Positions 1 through 9,664 of a stretch of 64,000 nucleotides of DNA are shown in pieces. The DNA is from an uncultured Acidobacteriota bacterium (GTDB taxonomy: Bacteria > Acidobacteriota > UBA6911): contig CAWEJX010000020.1 in NCBI GenBank assembly GCA_963809485.1, positions 1,088,001 through 1,152,000 of the forward strand. Reading direction: 5' to 3'. Position numbers and translations under genes: made by a program. Every line of letters begins with the position of its first letter. Within the stretch, counting starts at the first letter, position 1. The notes below the pieces were generated by a model. That model was not told the DNA's origin, searched no databases, and was given only the letters and a program-made list of their open reading frames with translations.

Positions 1-216
1 AGCCGGAGGCTTGAAAGAGTTGAACCGCTCAAATCGGTTGGACTAATTACGCCGGTCTTGAACGCTGACTTACGCGGGCAAAAGCCGATGAGGCGCTTCC
101 GATCCCCGCCGAACAAATCCGCGTTTGTCAGCGCTTTTATCAGCGTTTCTCAGCGTTTCAAAATACGGAGCTGTCAAACTCTTTGAGTCCCCCGGAAAAG
201 CCGGGGGTTTACCAAT
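1..216 (-). mobile_element. Non-autonomous IS200/IS605-like palindromic element (PATE/MITE), copy 1, cut by window start
   Basis: Near-identical to copies at 2330, 15941, 38169 and 62786; ends in GTCAAACTCTTTGAGTCCCCCGGAAAAGCCGGGGGTTTACCAAT, whose reverse complement matches the hairpin left end I recall for IS200-type tnpA elements; no ORF. Confidence 0.8.
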
Positions 217-326
217 GTAATCAAAAAAAGCTCGTCCGGAAGTTTGACAAATTCAGGCTCAGAACTTAATAAAAATGGCGGAAAACGGTGATGAACAAAT
301 TCCACTGCAATATGGAGGTTTGACCC

Positions 327-797
327 ATGAGTTTCATGCCAATCGATTTTCATGAGGATATGGACAGGATGAGAAGGGAAATCGACCGGATCCTGGGTGA
401 CGACAGGCTTTCCACGTGGACATTTCCGTTCTCGAGAATCTCCTTTCTTCCCGGCCGCGCAGCGAGGGCGTACCCGCTATTAAACATCAGCGAGGACAAA
501 GACAGCGTCTACCTGGATGCCCTTGCGCCCGGAATTGAACCCAGTACGCTGAAAGTGTCCGTAATCAAGAACCAGCTGACTATTTCCGGAGAAAAGATGC
601 CACTCCCGGAAACCGTCAAGGACGAGTCAATCCATCGCAGCGAGCGATCTGCAGGACAGTTCGCCCGAAGCCTGTCTCTTACGGTGGACGTGGACAGTGA
701 CCGTGTCCAGGCCAACTACAACAACGGGATGCTCCGGATAATTCTTCCCAAAGCCGAAGCGGCGAAGCCCAAACAAATAGCGGTAAAAGTGGGCTGA
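327..797 (+). CDS. Small heat shock protein, Hsp20/alpha-crystallin family
   Basis: YPLLNISE...APGI...ERSAGQFARSL...YNNGMLRIILPK alpha-crystallin motifs; GGAGG RBS. Confidence 0.95.
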   Translation: MSFMPIDFHEDMDRMRREIDRILGDDRLSTWTFPFSRISFLPGRAARAYPLLNISEDKDSVYLDALAPGIEPSTLKVSVIKNQLTISGEKMPLPETVKDESIHRSERSAGQFARSLSLTVDVDSDRVQANYNNGMLRIILPKAEAAKPKQIAVKVG

Positions 798-833
798 AAC
801 GCATACAACTATCGATCATGGAGGTGTAGAAAA

Positions 834-1247
834 ATGACCGAAAAAACCGCTTCTCTCACCACTGAAAAACAGGGTGCTTTGCAGACAGCGAGCGAAAAGT
901 CGCTGGCCACAAGGGATGAAACCCGTTACGTAGCCCCGCCCGTGGATATTTTTGAAACCGAAGACGCGATCGTGGTTATCGCGGATCTTCCAAGCGTCGG
1001 CAAGGAGGACGTGGACATCCGGGTCGAGGACAGCATCCTGACCATAAGGGGAAAAGCCACTTACAGCCCACCGGCCGATTTGCTCCGGGAGGAGTTCAGC
1101 CTGGATGGGTATTTCCGGCAGTTCCAGCTGAGCGATGAGGTGGATCAGGAAAAGATATCAGCCGAAACCAAAAACGGCGTGCTCACCATTCATCTGCCCA
1201 AGGCCGAGAAATCCAAGCCCAGGCAGATCAAGGTAAAAATAGGCTGA
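834..1247 (+). CDS. Small heat shock protein, Hsp20 family (second of tandem pair)
   Basis: PPVDIFETED...ADLP...YFRQFQLS...KNGVLTIHLPK; GGAGG RBS. Confidence 0.95.
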   Translation: MTEKTASLTTEKQGALQTASEKSLATRDETRYVAPPVDIFETEDAIVVIADLPSVGKEDVDIRVEDSILTIRGKATYSPPADLLREEFSLDGYFRQFQLSDEVDQEKISAETKNGVLTIHLPKAEKSKPRQIKVKIG

Positions 1248-1327
1248 TGCCTGGCAGCGGAGACGCTCGCGAACTGACCGTATCAAGCTTTTCAGTTGTT
1301 CGACATCTATCAGTCCGGTCTTGGCAG

Positions 1328-1347
1328 GGGCGGCCTCGAGGCCGCCC
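1328..1347. terminator. GC-rich perfect hairpin downstream of the hsp20 pair
   Basis: GGGCGGCCTCGAGGCCGCCC palindrome; no clear U-tract. Confidence 0.3.
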
Positions 1348-1508
1348 ACCGCATGCTCATCGATCCCGGCTGCGGGCTGTTTTCCGTCCCTGCGCATCCC
1401 GGCGAGTTACACTATCCTCAGTTCACTGCTGATAACCGGTTTTCGACGCTTTCCTGTTAGCCGACTGCATCCAACCGGGAATTCGCGAGCGAATCCGGAG
1501 GTGTAACA

Positions 1509-2240
1509 ATGGCAAAAAACTATTACGCGATATTGGGCGTTCTGCCGACGGCCACCCTCGATGAAATACGGTCCGCCTACCGGAATCGGGTGAAACAATT
1601 TCATCCGGATCATTTCGGCAAAGACACATCGCCGTTCCTCAATGTGCAGGAAGCCTACGATTTATTGGGCGATGAGGTCAGCCGAAGTCGGTATGATCAA
1701 AGCCTGAAGAAATCCAGCCCGGAAAAAATGTCCGCGGCAAGCCCCGAGCCTCTGATCGACCGGTCAAGAAGGCCCATGCCGGAGCCGATGAAAGGCCCTC
1801 GCAGGTATGCCGATTTCGGAACCATTTCACCTTTGGAGTCCTTTCGCGGTTTCCGCCCGTCCTATGACGAGATATTTGACAACTTGCTGAATTCCCTTGA
1901 TCTCAGGTCGCACTCGAAGGCCGAAAGCTACCGGACTCTGACTATGGAGGTTCCATTGACGGCGGAGCAGGCGCGACGGGGCGGCAGCCTCCGGGTTGTT
2001 ATCCCCATCCAGAGCACCTGCCCCACGTGCCGGGGCTTAGAGATCCTGGATCTTTTTGAATGCTGGCGGTGCTCCGGGACAGGATCCACCCGCTATGAGC
2101 TTCCCCTTCAGGTGGAGTATCCTGCGGGAATTCAGGATTCCTACCGGATTGCCATTCCTCTGGACCGGTATGGCGTTCCCGATGTCTGCCCGGTTCTCTT
2201 GTTCCGGATCACATCCTCGCACGACATCGAGGAACTATAG
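1509..2240 (+). CDS. J-domain (DnaJ-like) co-chaperone with a partial zinc finger
   Basis: N-terminal KNYYAILGV...FHPD J-domain; CPTCRG and CWRCSGTG motifs; GGAGG RBS. Confidence 0.9.
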   Translation: MAKNYYAILGVLPTATLDEIRSAYRNRVKQFHPDHFGKDTSPFLNVQEAYDLLGDEVSRSRYDQSLKKSSPEKMSAASPEPLIDRSRRPMPEPMKGPRRYADFGTISPLESFRGFRPSYDEIFDNLLNSLDLRSHSKAESYRTLTMEVPLTAEQARRGGSLRVVIPIQSTCPTCRGLEILDLFECWRCSGTGSTRYELPLQVEYPAGIQDSYRIAIPLDRYGVPDVCPVLLFRITSSHDIEEL

Positions 2241-2329
2241 CGTCCCGGTTTGACTGGGCTGCATGACAAGTCCCGGCAGGGGCGGCCTTCCGACCGCTCT
2301 GACAAAAACGGGGACGTCAATCCGCCTAA

Positions 2330-2560
2330 GTCAGGCACCTCCGGCAAAGCCGGAGGCTTGAAGGATTGGAACCGCTCAAGGCGGTTGGAGGAGTTCCACC
2401 GGCCTTGAACGCTGACTTACGCGGGCAAAAGCCGATGAGGTGCTTCCGATCCCCGCCGACCAGATCGGCGTTTGTCAGCGCTTTGGTCAGCGTATCTCAG
2501 CGTTTCAAAATATGGAGCCGTCACACTCTATGAGTCCCCGGGCAGAGCCGGTTTACCAAT
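2330..2560 (-). mobile_element. IS200/IS605-like palindromic MITE, copy 2
   Basis: Starts GTCAGGCACCTCCGGCAAAGCCGGAGGCTTGAA, ends GGTTTACCAAT; lies between convergent genes. Confidence 0.85.
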
Positions 2561-2564
2561 AGAA

Positions 2565-3239
2565 TTACTTCACCCCCGTTACGGGGTGCGGGTAGTGGAA
2601 GGGAATGACGAAGATGTCGGGCCAGAATTTCATCCCCTCCGGCTTCAGTTCGTCCGGACCGCGCGGATCCTCGGGGTAAGTTTTGAGATAAGGCGACACC
2701 ATAAGCAGTTTGCCTGAGGAATGCGCCCAGCCTTTGTCGTATTCCGCCTGCCAGACAAGGTTGTAATTGAATACCTTAAATTTCCAGACCCCGTTTTCCC
2801 TGGCATATATGTTTTCGTACACCCCTCCTTCCCAGAACTGGCTCGGGATGGGAGTGGGAACTTTCCGGCTTTCGTGAACTCCGCCCATCAGGAAGCAGCG
2901 GAAGCGTCCTTTGGCAGTCACGCGATCCGGCGCAACATCCACGATATCCTGGACATGAAGGTGCTCGGTCAGGACGCCGTTGGTCGGCCCGTTTACACCC
3001 ATCCCGGCCCCATACATCCGCCTGGCGCCATCCTTGCCCTTGAAGATGCCATTCAGAAAATAGATCAGGCAATCGTCCGCGAAAAGATCCACGATCTCCG
3101 CCATCAGCCATTTATCCATGTAGTAGCCATATTTGAACTGCAGCGTGCGTATGGCCTGTATATCTTCGAGAATGCCATTCCGGTGCGAAAGCTCCTCGAC
3201 CTGCCTCCTCAATGCGGCAATTTCCTCCTCGATTGTCAT
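2565..3239 (-). CDS. SnoaL-like/NTF2-fold protein resembling LdpA-type lyases
   Basis: LEDIQAIRTLQFKYGYYMDK, EHLHVQDIVDV, WEGGVYENIYARENGVWK, PFHYPHPVTG; typical SnoaL_4 pattern. Confidence 0.85.
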   Translation of the reverse strand: MTIEEEIAALRRQVEELSHRNGILEDIQAIRTLQFKYGYYMDKWLMAEIVDLFADDCLIYFLNGIFKGKDGARRMYGAGMGVNGPTNGVLTEHLHVQDIVDVAPDRVTAKGRFRCFLMGGVHESRKVPTPIPSQFWEGGVYENIYARENGVWKFKVFNYNLVWQAEYDKGWAHSSGKLLMVSPYLKTYPEDPRGPDELKPEGMKFWPDIFVIPFHYPHPVTGVK

Positions 3240-3282
3240 TCCGGCCTCCTGTGGATGATGGATTTACAGTATGAAAAACCTT

Positions 3283-4092
3283 TCATTTCCTGGCGGCCCG
3301 GGCCTGCCGCAGCATTTCGTCCAGATCGTCTGAAAGCTCCGTATAGGATCCCGACAGCTCGTCGTAGCGGCCCGAGGCCAGGCTCAGGCATCTTTGCGCG
3401 CAGCGTTCCAGATCCGCCAGCGCGTCGGGTTTGGCCTTGCGCTCCTTCAATCGCTGGATCATCTCAGGCTTCCAGCGCTGAGCCCCCGGATCTCTCATGG
3501 TGATTTCCGCCAGCTCGGTTATTGAAAAGCCCGGATCGATGGAAAAAGCGCTGATGCCGAATTCCCTGGTTTCACTGTCCACCAGCTGTATCAGACGGTT
3601 CTGGGCGCATTTTCCGAGGCAGTAGGGCGACATGCTTGCGTCCAGCCGGTGGGATCCCATGGCGGAGACCATGATGATGCGTCCCGCCCGCCGCTCGATC
3701 ATGGACGGCAGGATTTCCCTGATGAACATGAAGGGGGCGCGGATGTGAACCTCCTGGGCGAACCACCACTCATCGGGGTCCGCAACCCAGATCGGCGCGA
3801 ACGGTCCGGGAATGCCGGCGTTGTTGACCAGGAGCGTAATCGGCCCGAATTTCTCCGCAGTTGCGCGCACCGCGCGCGAAACGTCCTCCGGCCGGGTCAC
3901 GTCTCCGCCCACGGCAAGCCCCCGGCCGCCAGCGGCCTCGATCTCGGCTGCTGTTTTGTCAAGCTCGGCTTGAGTGCGTGAAGTAACCGTTACAGCGGCG
4001 CCTTCCGCAGCGAACCTGAGGGCGATCGCTTTGCCGAATCCTCGTCCGCCACCCGTAATTAGTGCCACCTGTCCCGAAAGCATTCCGTTCAT
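3283..4092 (-). CDS. Short-chain dehydrogenase/reductase (SDR)
   Basis: TGGGRGFG cofactor motif, VNNAG, catalytic YCLGK (YxxxK). Confidence 0.93.
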   Translation of the reverse strand: MNGMLSGQVALITGGGRGFGKAIALRFAAEGAAVTVTSRTQAELDKTAAEIEAAGGRGLAVGGDVTRPEDVSRAVRATAEKFGPITLLVNNAGIPGPFAPIWVADPDEWWFAQEVHIRAPFMFIREILPSMIERRAGRIIMVSAMGSHRLDASMSPYCLGKCAQNRLIQLVDSETREFGISAFSIDPGFSITELAEITMRDPGAQRWKPEMIQRLKERKAKPDALADLERCAQRCLSLASGRYDELSGSYTELSDDLDEMLRQARAARK

Positions 4093-4290
4093 ATTTTCCT
4101 CTTGCGGCTGTATGGATTTGCATCCCGCTGGAAAAAAGGATTTTAAGGACGAACAAAACTCGTAATCCGTCCCCGCTGATTTTAAGCCTTATGTCTGCAT
4201 TCTGTACCGGTCAGGGCTTGGGATCCCGACCATGATTTCCGATTCTATCAGAAAGGGCGAAGGAAGAGCTGAAAATATATATCGCATTGT

Positions 4291-4330
4291 ATCAGCGTAT
4301 GTCGGCGTTTTGTCAGCGTCCGTCAGCGTT
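4291..4330. repeat. TCAGCGT-type periodic repeat (4 units, 10-11 bp period)
   Basis: ATCAGCGTATGTCGGCGTTTTGTCAGCGTCCGTCAGCGTT; same motif as the internal arm of the IS200-like MITEs. Confidence 0.6.
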
Positions 4331-4379
4331 ATAGTTGAAGAGATGTCCGGCGAGCCGGTGACAGCCGGCGATGCGGAAC

Positions 4380-4408
4380 TTGACCCTCCGGCAGGGTTTC
4401 ACTATACT
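4380..4408 (+). promoter_or_regulatory. sigma70-type promoter for the cupin genes
   Basis: TTGACC-N17-TATACT about 80 bp upstream of 4487. Confidence 0.6.
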
Positions 4409-4486
4409 GCGGCCCACCAGAACACATTAGAACGAGTTCTCATTTAATCAAATGAAAATCCGGCCCACCCTTATTGAAGGAGGTTC

Positions 4487-5029
4487 ATGGCCATGGCGAG
4501 ATCAAAATACGGGAAATATTTTATGACGGAGCCGATAGAAATAGGCCCGATGCTTCACGTATGCGGCGAGGACGGCTGCATTGGCGCCAAATTCGACGGT
4601 TTTCCGATCGAAATGCAGTTGCTCTGCCTCAGCAAGCCGGGCGTCATGATTCACAAGCCCCACGCACACGAGGTCGACGAACTGTTTTTCATTTTCGGCG
4701 GCAATCCGCAAAATTATTTTGAGTTTGGCGCGGAAATCGAAATCATGATGGGCGAGGAGCATGAACGGCACATCGTCAACAAGACCACGATCATCTATAT
4801 TCCCAAGGGAGTGATCCATTGCCCGATAACGACGCTGAAGGTCGACAAACCGGTGCAGTGGATGCATGTCCTGTTCCAGGGCAAATACCATATGGGAGCC
4901 GGCGACGACATGTCGAGCCACCCCAGGCACTCGGACCGCCATCCTTACGACAAGGATGAGATTGTCAAACTCAGAAAAGGCATTACGGAAGGCATACTGG
5001 GCAAAAAACCCGTAGCCGCCCGAAGATAA
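4487..5029 (+). CDS. Cupin-fold protein
   Basis: PHAHEVDE...IYIPKGVIHCP metal-binding cupin motifs; AGGAGG RBS. Confidence 0.85.
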   Translation: MAMARSKYGKYFMTEPIEIGPMLHVCGEDGCIGAKFDGFPIEMQLLCLSKPGVMIHKPHAHEVDELFFIFGGNPQNYFEFGAEIEIMMGEEHERHIVNKTTIIYIPKGVIHCPITTLKVDKPVQWMHVLFQGKYHMGAGDDMSSHPRHSDRHPYDKDEIVKLRKGITEGILGKKPVAARR

Positions 5030-5076
5030 AACGAGGCCGGCGGCTTCTGCCCCAGGGCCGCCCGCATTTACGTTTG

Positions 5077-5129
5077 AGGCTGCTGCCGGCTCCTGCCATA
5101 GTCGATGGGAGCCCGTGGCAGCCTTTTTT
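5077..5129 (+). terminator. Intrinsic terminator-like hairpin between the two cupin genes
   Basis: AGGCTGC...GGCTCC / GGAGCC...GGCAGCC stem followed by TTTTTT. Confidence 0.55.
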
Positions 5130-5175
5130 GTTGCATACCAGCGGGAATGCTGCCCGCAGGAAGGGAGATTATCTA

Positions 5176-5574
5176 ATGGACAGTTCCAGGTATGACAAAT
5201 ACGTGGTCTATGTTCCCAGGAAGAGCGCCCCGGATGCACCTTTTCCTTCGCTGACATTGATGAGTAACGAACTGGTCCCCGGGTGCAACGTCGACATCAC
5301 GTTTAACTGGGTGATGCAGGCAATGGAAATGAAACCGGACCAGCCTCTCAGTCATGCGCATGACTATGACGAGATGATCATCAACCTGGGCACCGATCCC
5401 AAAAATCCTGACGACCTGGGCGGCGAGGTCGTCGGATTTTTGGGAGATGAAAAACATATCCTGAACAAAACCTCGGCCGTCTTCATACCGAGGAATGTGG
5501 AGCACGGCGTGGCCGGCTTCAACCGCTTCGACCGGCCCTACATATTAATGAACATCAAACTGCGCGGGAAATAG
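5176..5574 (+). CDS. Cupin-fold protein, paralog of 4487..5029
   Basis: SHAHDYDE...LGTDPKNPDDLGGEV...VFIPRNVEH; start set to the ATG after AAGGGAG. Confidence 0.8.
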   Translation: MDSSRYDKYVVYVPRKSAPDAPFPSLTLMSNELVPGCNVDITFNWVMQAMEMKPDQPLSHAHDYDEMIINLGTDPKNPDDLGGEVVGFLGDEKHILNKTSAVFIPRNVEHGVAGFNRFDRPYILMNIKLRGK

Positions 5575-5577
5575 GCC

Positions 5578-5664
5578 AAGGACGGGGCTCCAGAGACTGT
5601 CCTAAAACTGCCGGCGAGGATCTCATGACAGTCGTCTTGAGACAGTTTCTGGAGCCCCGTCCTT
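5578..5664. mobile_element. ~85-bp MITE-like hairpin element, copy A
   Basis: 24-bp terminal inverted repeat with 1 mismatch (AAGGACGGGGCTCCAGAGACTGTC); inverted second copy at 59008..59088. Confidence 0.7.
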
Positions 5665-5675
5665 CTCACTGAATT

Positions 5676-7508
5676 TCATTCTCTGTTTTTGCGCGCCGTA
5701 TAGGCAATGTCGAAGATGGCCGAGGAAATAGTCAGCTTGCCGTCCCTGCGAATGAGATAAAGGCGCTGGAACAGCACCTTCACCTTACGCCCGTTCTGCT
5801 CCGTCACTATCGACATAGACTCGGGAGCCATTCTGCTTGCCAGGCCGGCGTCGGCATTATCGGATTCGCGCACAAGTTTTTCCGCAAACGCGCCAATATC
5901 AATCTGTATCGGGTCGAAGCCGTTCCGCGCGTCTCCGATCTGCAGCACCAGCCTGTCCAGGCCTTCATTCGCCACATACGAGATCCCTTCACCTTCAAAA
6001 CGATGCTCCTTCTTTTGCAAATTCATCACCAGGGACTGCTGCCGGAGCACACGGTCATAGCCGCTAATATCCGCCGGCAGCCTGGCGTCGAGCGCGAATT
6101 CCCTCCCCCCGGATGCGCCCCGGTATTCGACATGCGCCACACCCATTTTATCGAGCACTTCGGAAACGGACTCATATTGGGAATATCCCGGCTTCGCTTC
6201 CCGCCCGATCTTCTCTTCAAACCAGGGCTGGATGGCGTCATATCCATGAATCCGGCTCAGGTAGCGGACCATCGAGCCGATCTCCTGGGTGTCGTCCTGC
6301 GTCACCTTGCCGTGTTCCTTGTTCACTTTGCCGGCGACCAGAATGCCGTTTTTCACCAGCAGTTTTTCCAGCCGTTTCACCTGGCTTCGTTCGGACACCC
6401 GCAGCAGCCCCCACGGACCGAAGCTCATCAGAAACGCGAGCAGGCACAGAGAGCCTATGGTGAATTTTATGCTTTTGGTTCTACTGAATAAAAAGTAGAG
6501 CACCTGAGCCGACAGCCAGGTTCCCAGGGCGATTCCGGCATAACGGCTCTCGGTGATCCCGTAATCCCCGATGCGCTCGGCTACCGCCAGGAACAGGACT
6601 ACAACGAGCGGAATCAGGACGATATACAGCCATTTCCCCGCGGCCCGTATCCATGCGTTGCCGGACTTGTCCCGGACCGGGTGCATCAGAAGGAGCGACA
6701 ATATGGCGGTCGCGGAAAATCCGAGAATCAGGCTGCTGACCCATCCCTTCGGCCAGTTCCAATCGAGCAGTATCTTCAGAAGGTACGCATACAGGATCAC
6801 CAGGTAGACGATCACGAGCGTGAGAAGAACATATTGAGCAAAAACCTTCAGACCTTTGGGATAGTCTTCGATCCGGTCGAGACCATCCAAATCCTCCGGC
6901 ACTCCCGCGAAGAAAAACCAGGGAGCGAAAAGCCCGGCCACAAGAACCCAGAGCTCCATATACCGTTTGTTCGGGATGTTGACGCCGAAAAGGTTATCAA
7001 GGGCGGCAAGGGCAATCGACAGTCCAGCAAACAGGACGGCCGAAAAAATAGCGGTCACAAACAATCGGAAATAGAGCGCCTTGTTGTATTGCCAGAAACC
7101 GTTCCCCTCTCCTTTTTTCATGTACGGCCCGATCATCATCAGCAGAACCAATCCGGATGCCAGCAGACCGAAGCGCATCATCGTCGCCGCCGGAGCGTTC
7201 GGCAAGGCCCGCGGGACCGTAAACGCGTATGCGACGAGCAGCAGGATGCCAAGCAGCTGGGCGCCCGCAGACATGCTCTTGCCCCATTTCCATTTTTCCG
7301 CTGCAAGCGCCAGCGACGCCAGCAGGGGAATCCCAAGTCCCGCGGCAAGAATAACCGGGTAAGCCGCGCTGGGTTGGTTGGGTTGCCCGGACTCAATTCT
7401 TGACAGGGCGGCCAATACTCCCGTAAGCGAACAGAGCATCACAAAGGGAAAGCGGGCGGCCGCCCGCTTCGTTTCTGAGAAGACCTGCACAATCGAGGGC
7501 AGTTTCAT
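5676..7508 (-). CDS. Polytopic membrane protein, DUF4153 family
   Basis: About 10 TM segments, RFP at the N-terminus, RIGDYGITESRY, GPWG...VSERSQVKRL motifs. Confidence 0.8.
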   Translation of the reverse strand: MKLPSIVQVFSETKRAAARFPFVMLCSLTGVLAALSRIESGQPNQPSAAYPVILAAGLGIPLLASLALAAEKWKWGKSMSAGAQLLGILLLVAYAFTVPRALPNAPAATMMRFGLLASGLVLLMMIGPYMKKGEGNGFWQYNKALYFRLFVTAIFSAVLFAGLSIALAALDNLFGVNIPNKRYMELWVLVAGLFAPWFFFAGVPEDLDGLDRIEDYPKGLKVFAQYVLLTLVIVYLVILYAYLLKILLDWNWPKGWVSSLILGFSATAILSLLLMHPVRDKSGNAWIRAAGKWLYIVLIPLVVVLFLAVAERIGDYGITESRYAGIALGTWLSAQVLYFLFSRTKSIKFTIGSLCLLAFLMSFGPWGLLRVSERSQVKRLEKLLVKNGILVAGKVNKEHGKVTQDDTQEIGSMVRYLSRIHGYDAIQPWFEEKIGREAKPGYSQYESVSEVLDKMGVAHVEYRGASGGREFALDARLPADISGYDRVLRQQSLVMNLQKKEHRFEGEGISYVANEGLDRLVLQIGDARNGFDPIQIDIGAFAEKLVRESDNADAGLASRMAPESMSIVTEQNGRKVKVLFQRLYLIRRDGKLTISSAIFDIAYTARKNRE

Positions 7509-7526
7509 ATTGGTTTCTCAAGCAAA

Positions 7527-7558
7527 GTTGAATGTTGAACGTTTGAACGTTGAACGTC
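7527..7558. repeat. GTTGAA(C/T) 7-8-mer tandem repeat
   Basis: GTTGAATGTTGAACGTTTGAACGTTGAACGTC; a reverse-complement relative lies at ~11707-11735. Confidence 0.55.
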
Positions 7559-7600
7559 AAAAACGCATGAGTGTTGGCGATTCTGCTCGCCAAATGCCGC

Positions 7601-9664
7601 TTAAGCCGCCGTTTCCCGGCGGGCGTCGAAGTAGAGGCCGATCGCCAGGAGCAGGAACATGGCCAGGCCGATCCAGTTGTGCCATCCCTCCAGCCAGGGG
7701 CCGTAGATTTTCACAAGGTCGGGCACAATCGACTTCCCGGAAGAATCCTCGATGAACCTGAGAAGTGCGGCAAGAACGCCGACCAATGCCCCGCCGGCGA
7801 TGAAGCCCGAAGCGATCAAAGTTCCTTTCTCGTGCCGCGCTTTGCTCAGCGTGCTGTTTTTCGAAGAGTGCTGCAGGAACCACGCGACCGCCGCTCCGAG
7901 GACGAGCGGTGAATTCAGCTCCATGGGCAGGTACATGCCGAGCGCAAAAGCAAGCGCCGAGACGCCGCACATCGCCACCACAACCGCGAATACGGCCCCA
8001 AGCGCGTAGAGAAACCACGGGGCTCCCTCCGATGCCATAACGCCCCGCAGCACCGCGGCCATCGCGTTCGGCTGCGGCGCCGGCAGCGGATTCGGGTGTC
8101 CCGGCCCCGGCGCGAATCCGTATACCTTCGACATGAGCAGGATGACCGCCGTGGTCGCGGCGGAAGCCGCGATCGCGCCGACCATGTTGCTGATTTCGAT
8201 ACGCTTCGGCGTGGCGCCGAGCCAGTAGCCGATCTTGTATTGAGTCACCAGCGATCCGGACATGGATAGCGCCGTGCAGACGACGCCGCCGATCAGCAGA
8301 ACCTGCAGCATGCCGGATTCCCCGCCCAGTCCGAGTCGCGAGAGAACGACCGCCGTGATGATCAGCGTGGTCAGCGTCATGCCGGAAATCGGCGTAATCG
8401 AGATCATCGCGATGGCCCAGGCGGAAACGGAAGCGAACAGGAATGCGATGACGAGCGTCAGCAGGACGGACGTTAGAGAAATCTTCGTTGCCCCGCCCAT
8501 CCCCGACAGAACGGAAAAGCGGAAATATAGGAACACCAGGAGTCCGGTAGCAGCGATCCCCAGAAGGACCGCGGACATGGGCAGCGCGCGATCGGTGCGC
8601 TCCGCGGCGCCGCCGACGTGTTTATTCCGGGCCAGGCGGACAATCTCTCCGGTGGCCTGCCGGGTCGCCTGGACGATCACGGGAGACATTTTGAGGATCG
8701 AGAGTATGCCGGCCGCAAAGATGCCGCCGATGCCGATCGGGCGCACATAATCAAAAAAGATGTCTTCGGCAGGCATTTGCGCCAGCGGCGTCGCGCCGAC
8801 GGCAATCGCGCCCGGAATGAACTGGCCCAGATGAGCGAACAGCGGCACCAGCACGAAGAACGAAATGAAGGAGCCGGCCAGGATGATGGAGGCATAGTGG
8901 ATGCCCATGATGTACCCGAGGCCCAGAACCGCGGCCGACGTGTTCATCGTGAACACCGCCTTGTATTTGTTGGTGACGTCGCTCATCACGCCGATGGCGC
9001 CGGTCGTGAAGTTTTCCGCCCAGGCGCGCATCGACGGGCCTACAAAATCAAATGCTGCGGCCGTAATGGCAGAGTAGCTCAGCACGATGGCGCTGTGCCC
9101 GCCCCGCTTGCCGGCCATCAGGATCTCGGTTGTGGCGCGCCCCTCGGGATAGGGCAGTTTGCCGTGAAGGTCGCGCACGAAGTACCGGCGGAAAGGGGCA
9201 AGGAAGAAGATTCCGAGATATGCGCCGAGCAGCGGCACAAGAAATATCTGGAACAGGGACGAGCGGTCCTCCAATCCCAGGATATAAATGGCCGGCATGG
9301 TAAAAACCGAGCCGCCGGCGATAATCCCGGAGGTTGCGCCAATCGCAAGCACATTGACGTTCTCCAGCAGAGTCGAGGCTCGGCGCCTGAAAAACTTCAC
9401 GGCCAAAACCGAGAAGCCGACTGCAAGAATCGAGATCGGAATGGCCGACTCGATCCCCTGGCCCAGCTTCAGGGCAATGTAGGTCGCGGCAGCCGAGAAA
9501 ATGATGGACCACAGGAAACCCTGAAGGATCGAGCGCACCGTCAGTTCGGGCAGGGATTGCCGCGCGGGAATAACCGGCTCGTACGACTCGCCAGGCTTCA
9601 GCTCGCGAAATGCATTCTCCGGCAAACGGGCTTCGTCCCGGTTCACCACAGGTTCTGCCGTCAT
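7601..9664 (-). CDS. Oligopeptide transporter, OPT family
   Basis: ELTVRSI, AIPISILAVG, LPYPEGRAT, PISGMTL, KIGYWLGATP, APQPNAMA, GTLIASGFIAG. Confidence 0.95.
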   Translation of the reverse strand: MTAEPVVNRDEARLPENAFRELKPGESYEPVIPARQSLPELTVRSILQGFLWSIIFSAAATYIALKLGQGIESAIPISILAVGFSVLAVKFFRRRASTLLENVNVLAIGATSGIIAGGSVFTMPAIYILGLEDRSSLFQIFLVPLLGAYLGIFFLAPFRRYFVRDLHGKLPYPEGRATTEILMAGKRGGHSAIVLSYSAITAAAFDFVGPSMRAWAENFTTGAIGVMSDVTNKYKAVFTMNTSAAVLGLGYIMGIHYASIILAGSFISFFVLVPLFAHLGQFIPGAIAVGATPLAQMPAEDIFFDYVRPIGIGGIFAAGILSILKMSPVIVQATRQATGEIVRLARNKHVGGAAERTDRALPMSAVLLGIAATGLLVFLYFRFSVLSGMGGATKISLTSVLLTLVIAFLFASVSAWAIAMISITPISGMTLTTLIITAVVLSRLGLGGESGMLQVLLIGGVVCTALSMSGSLVTQYKIGYWLGATPKRIEISNMVGAIAASAATTAVILLMSKVYGFAPGPGHPNPLPAPQPNAMAAVLRGVMASEGAPWFLYALGAVFAVVVAMCGVSALAFALGMYLPMELNSPLVLGAAVAWFLQHSSKNSTLSKARHEKGTLIASGFIAGGALVGVLAALLRFIEDSSGKSIVPDLVKIYGPWLEGWHNWIGLAMFLLLAIGLYFDARRETAA

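Noticed and set aside
225-326. CIRCE or other heat-shock operator upstream of the hsp20 genes
   Set aside because: No TTAGCACTC-N9-GAGTGCTAA; only a TTGACA at 244-249 with a weak -10.
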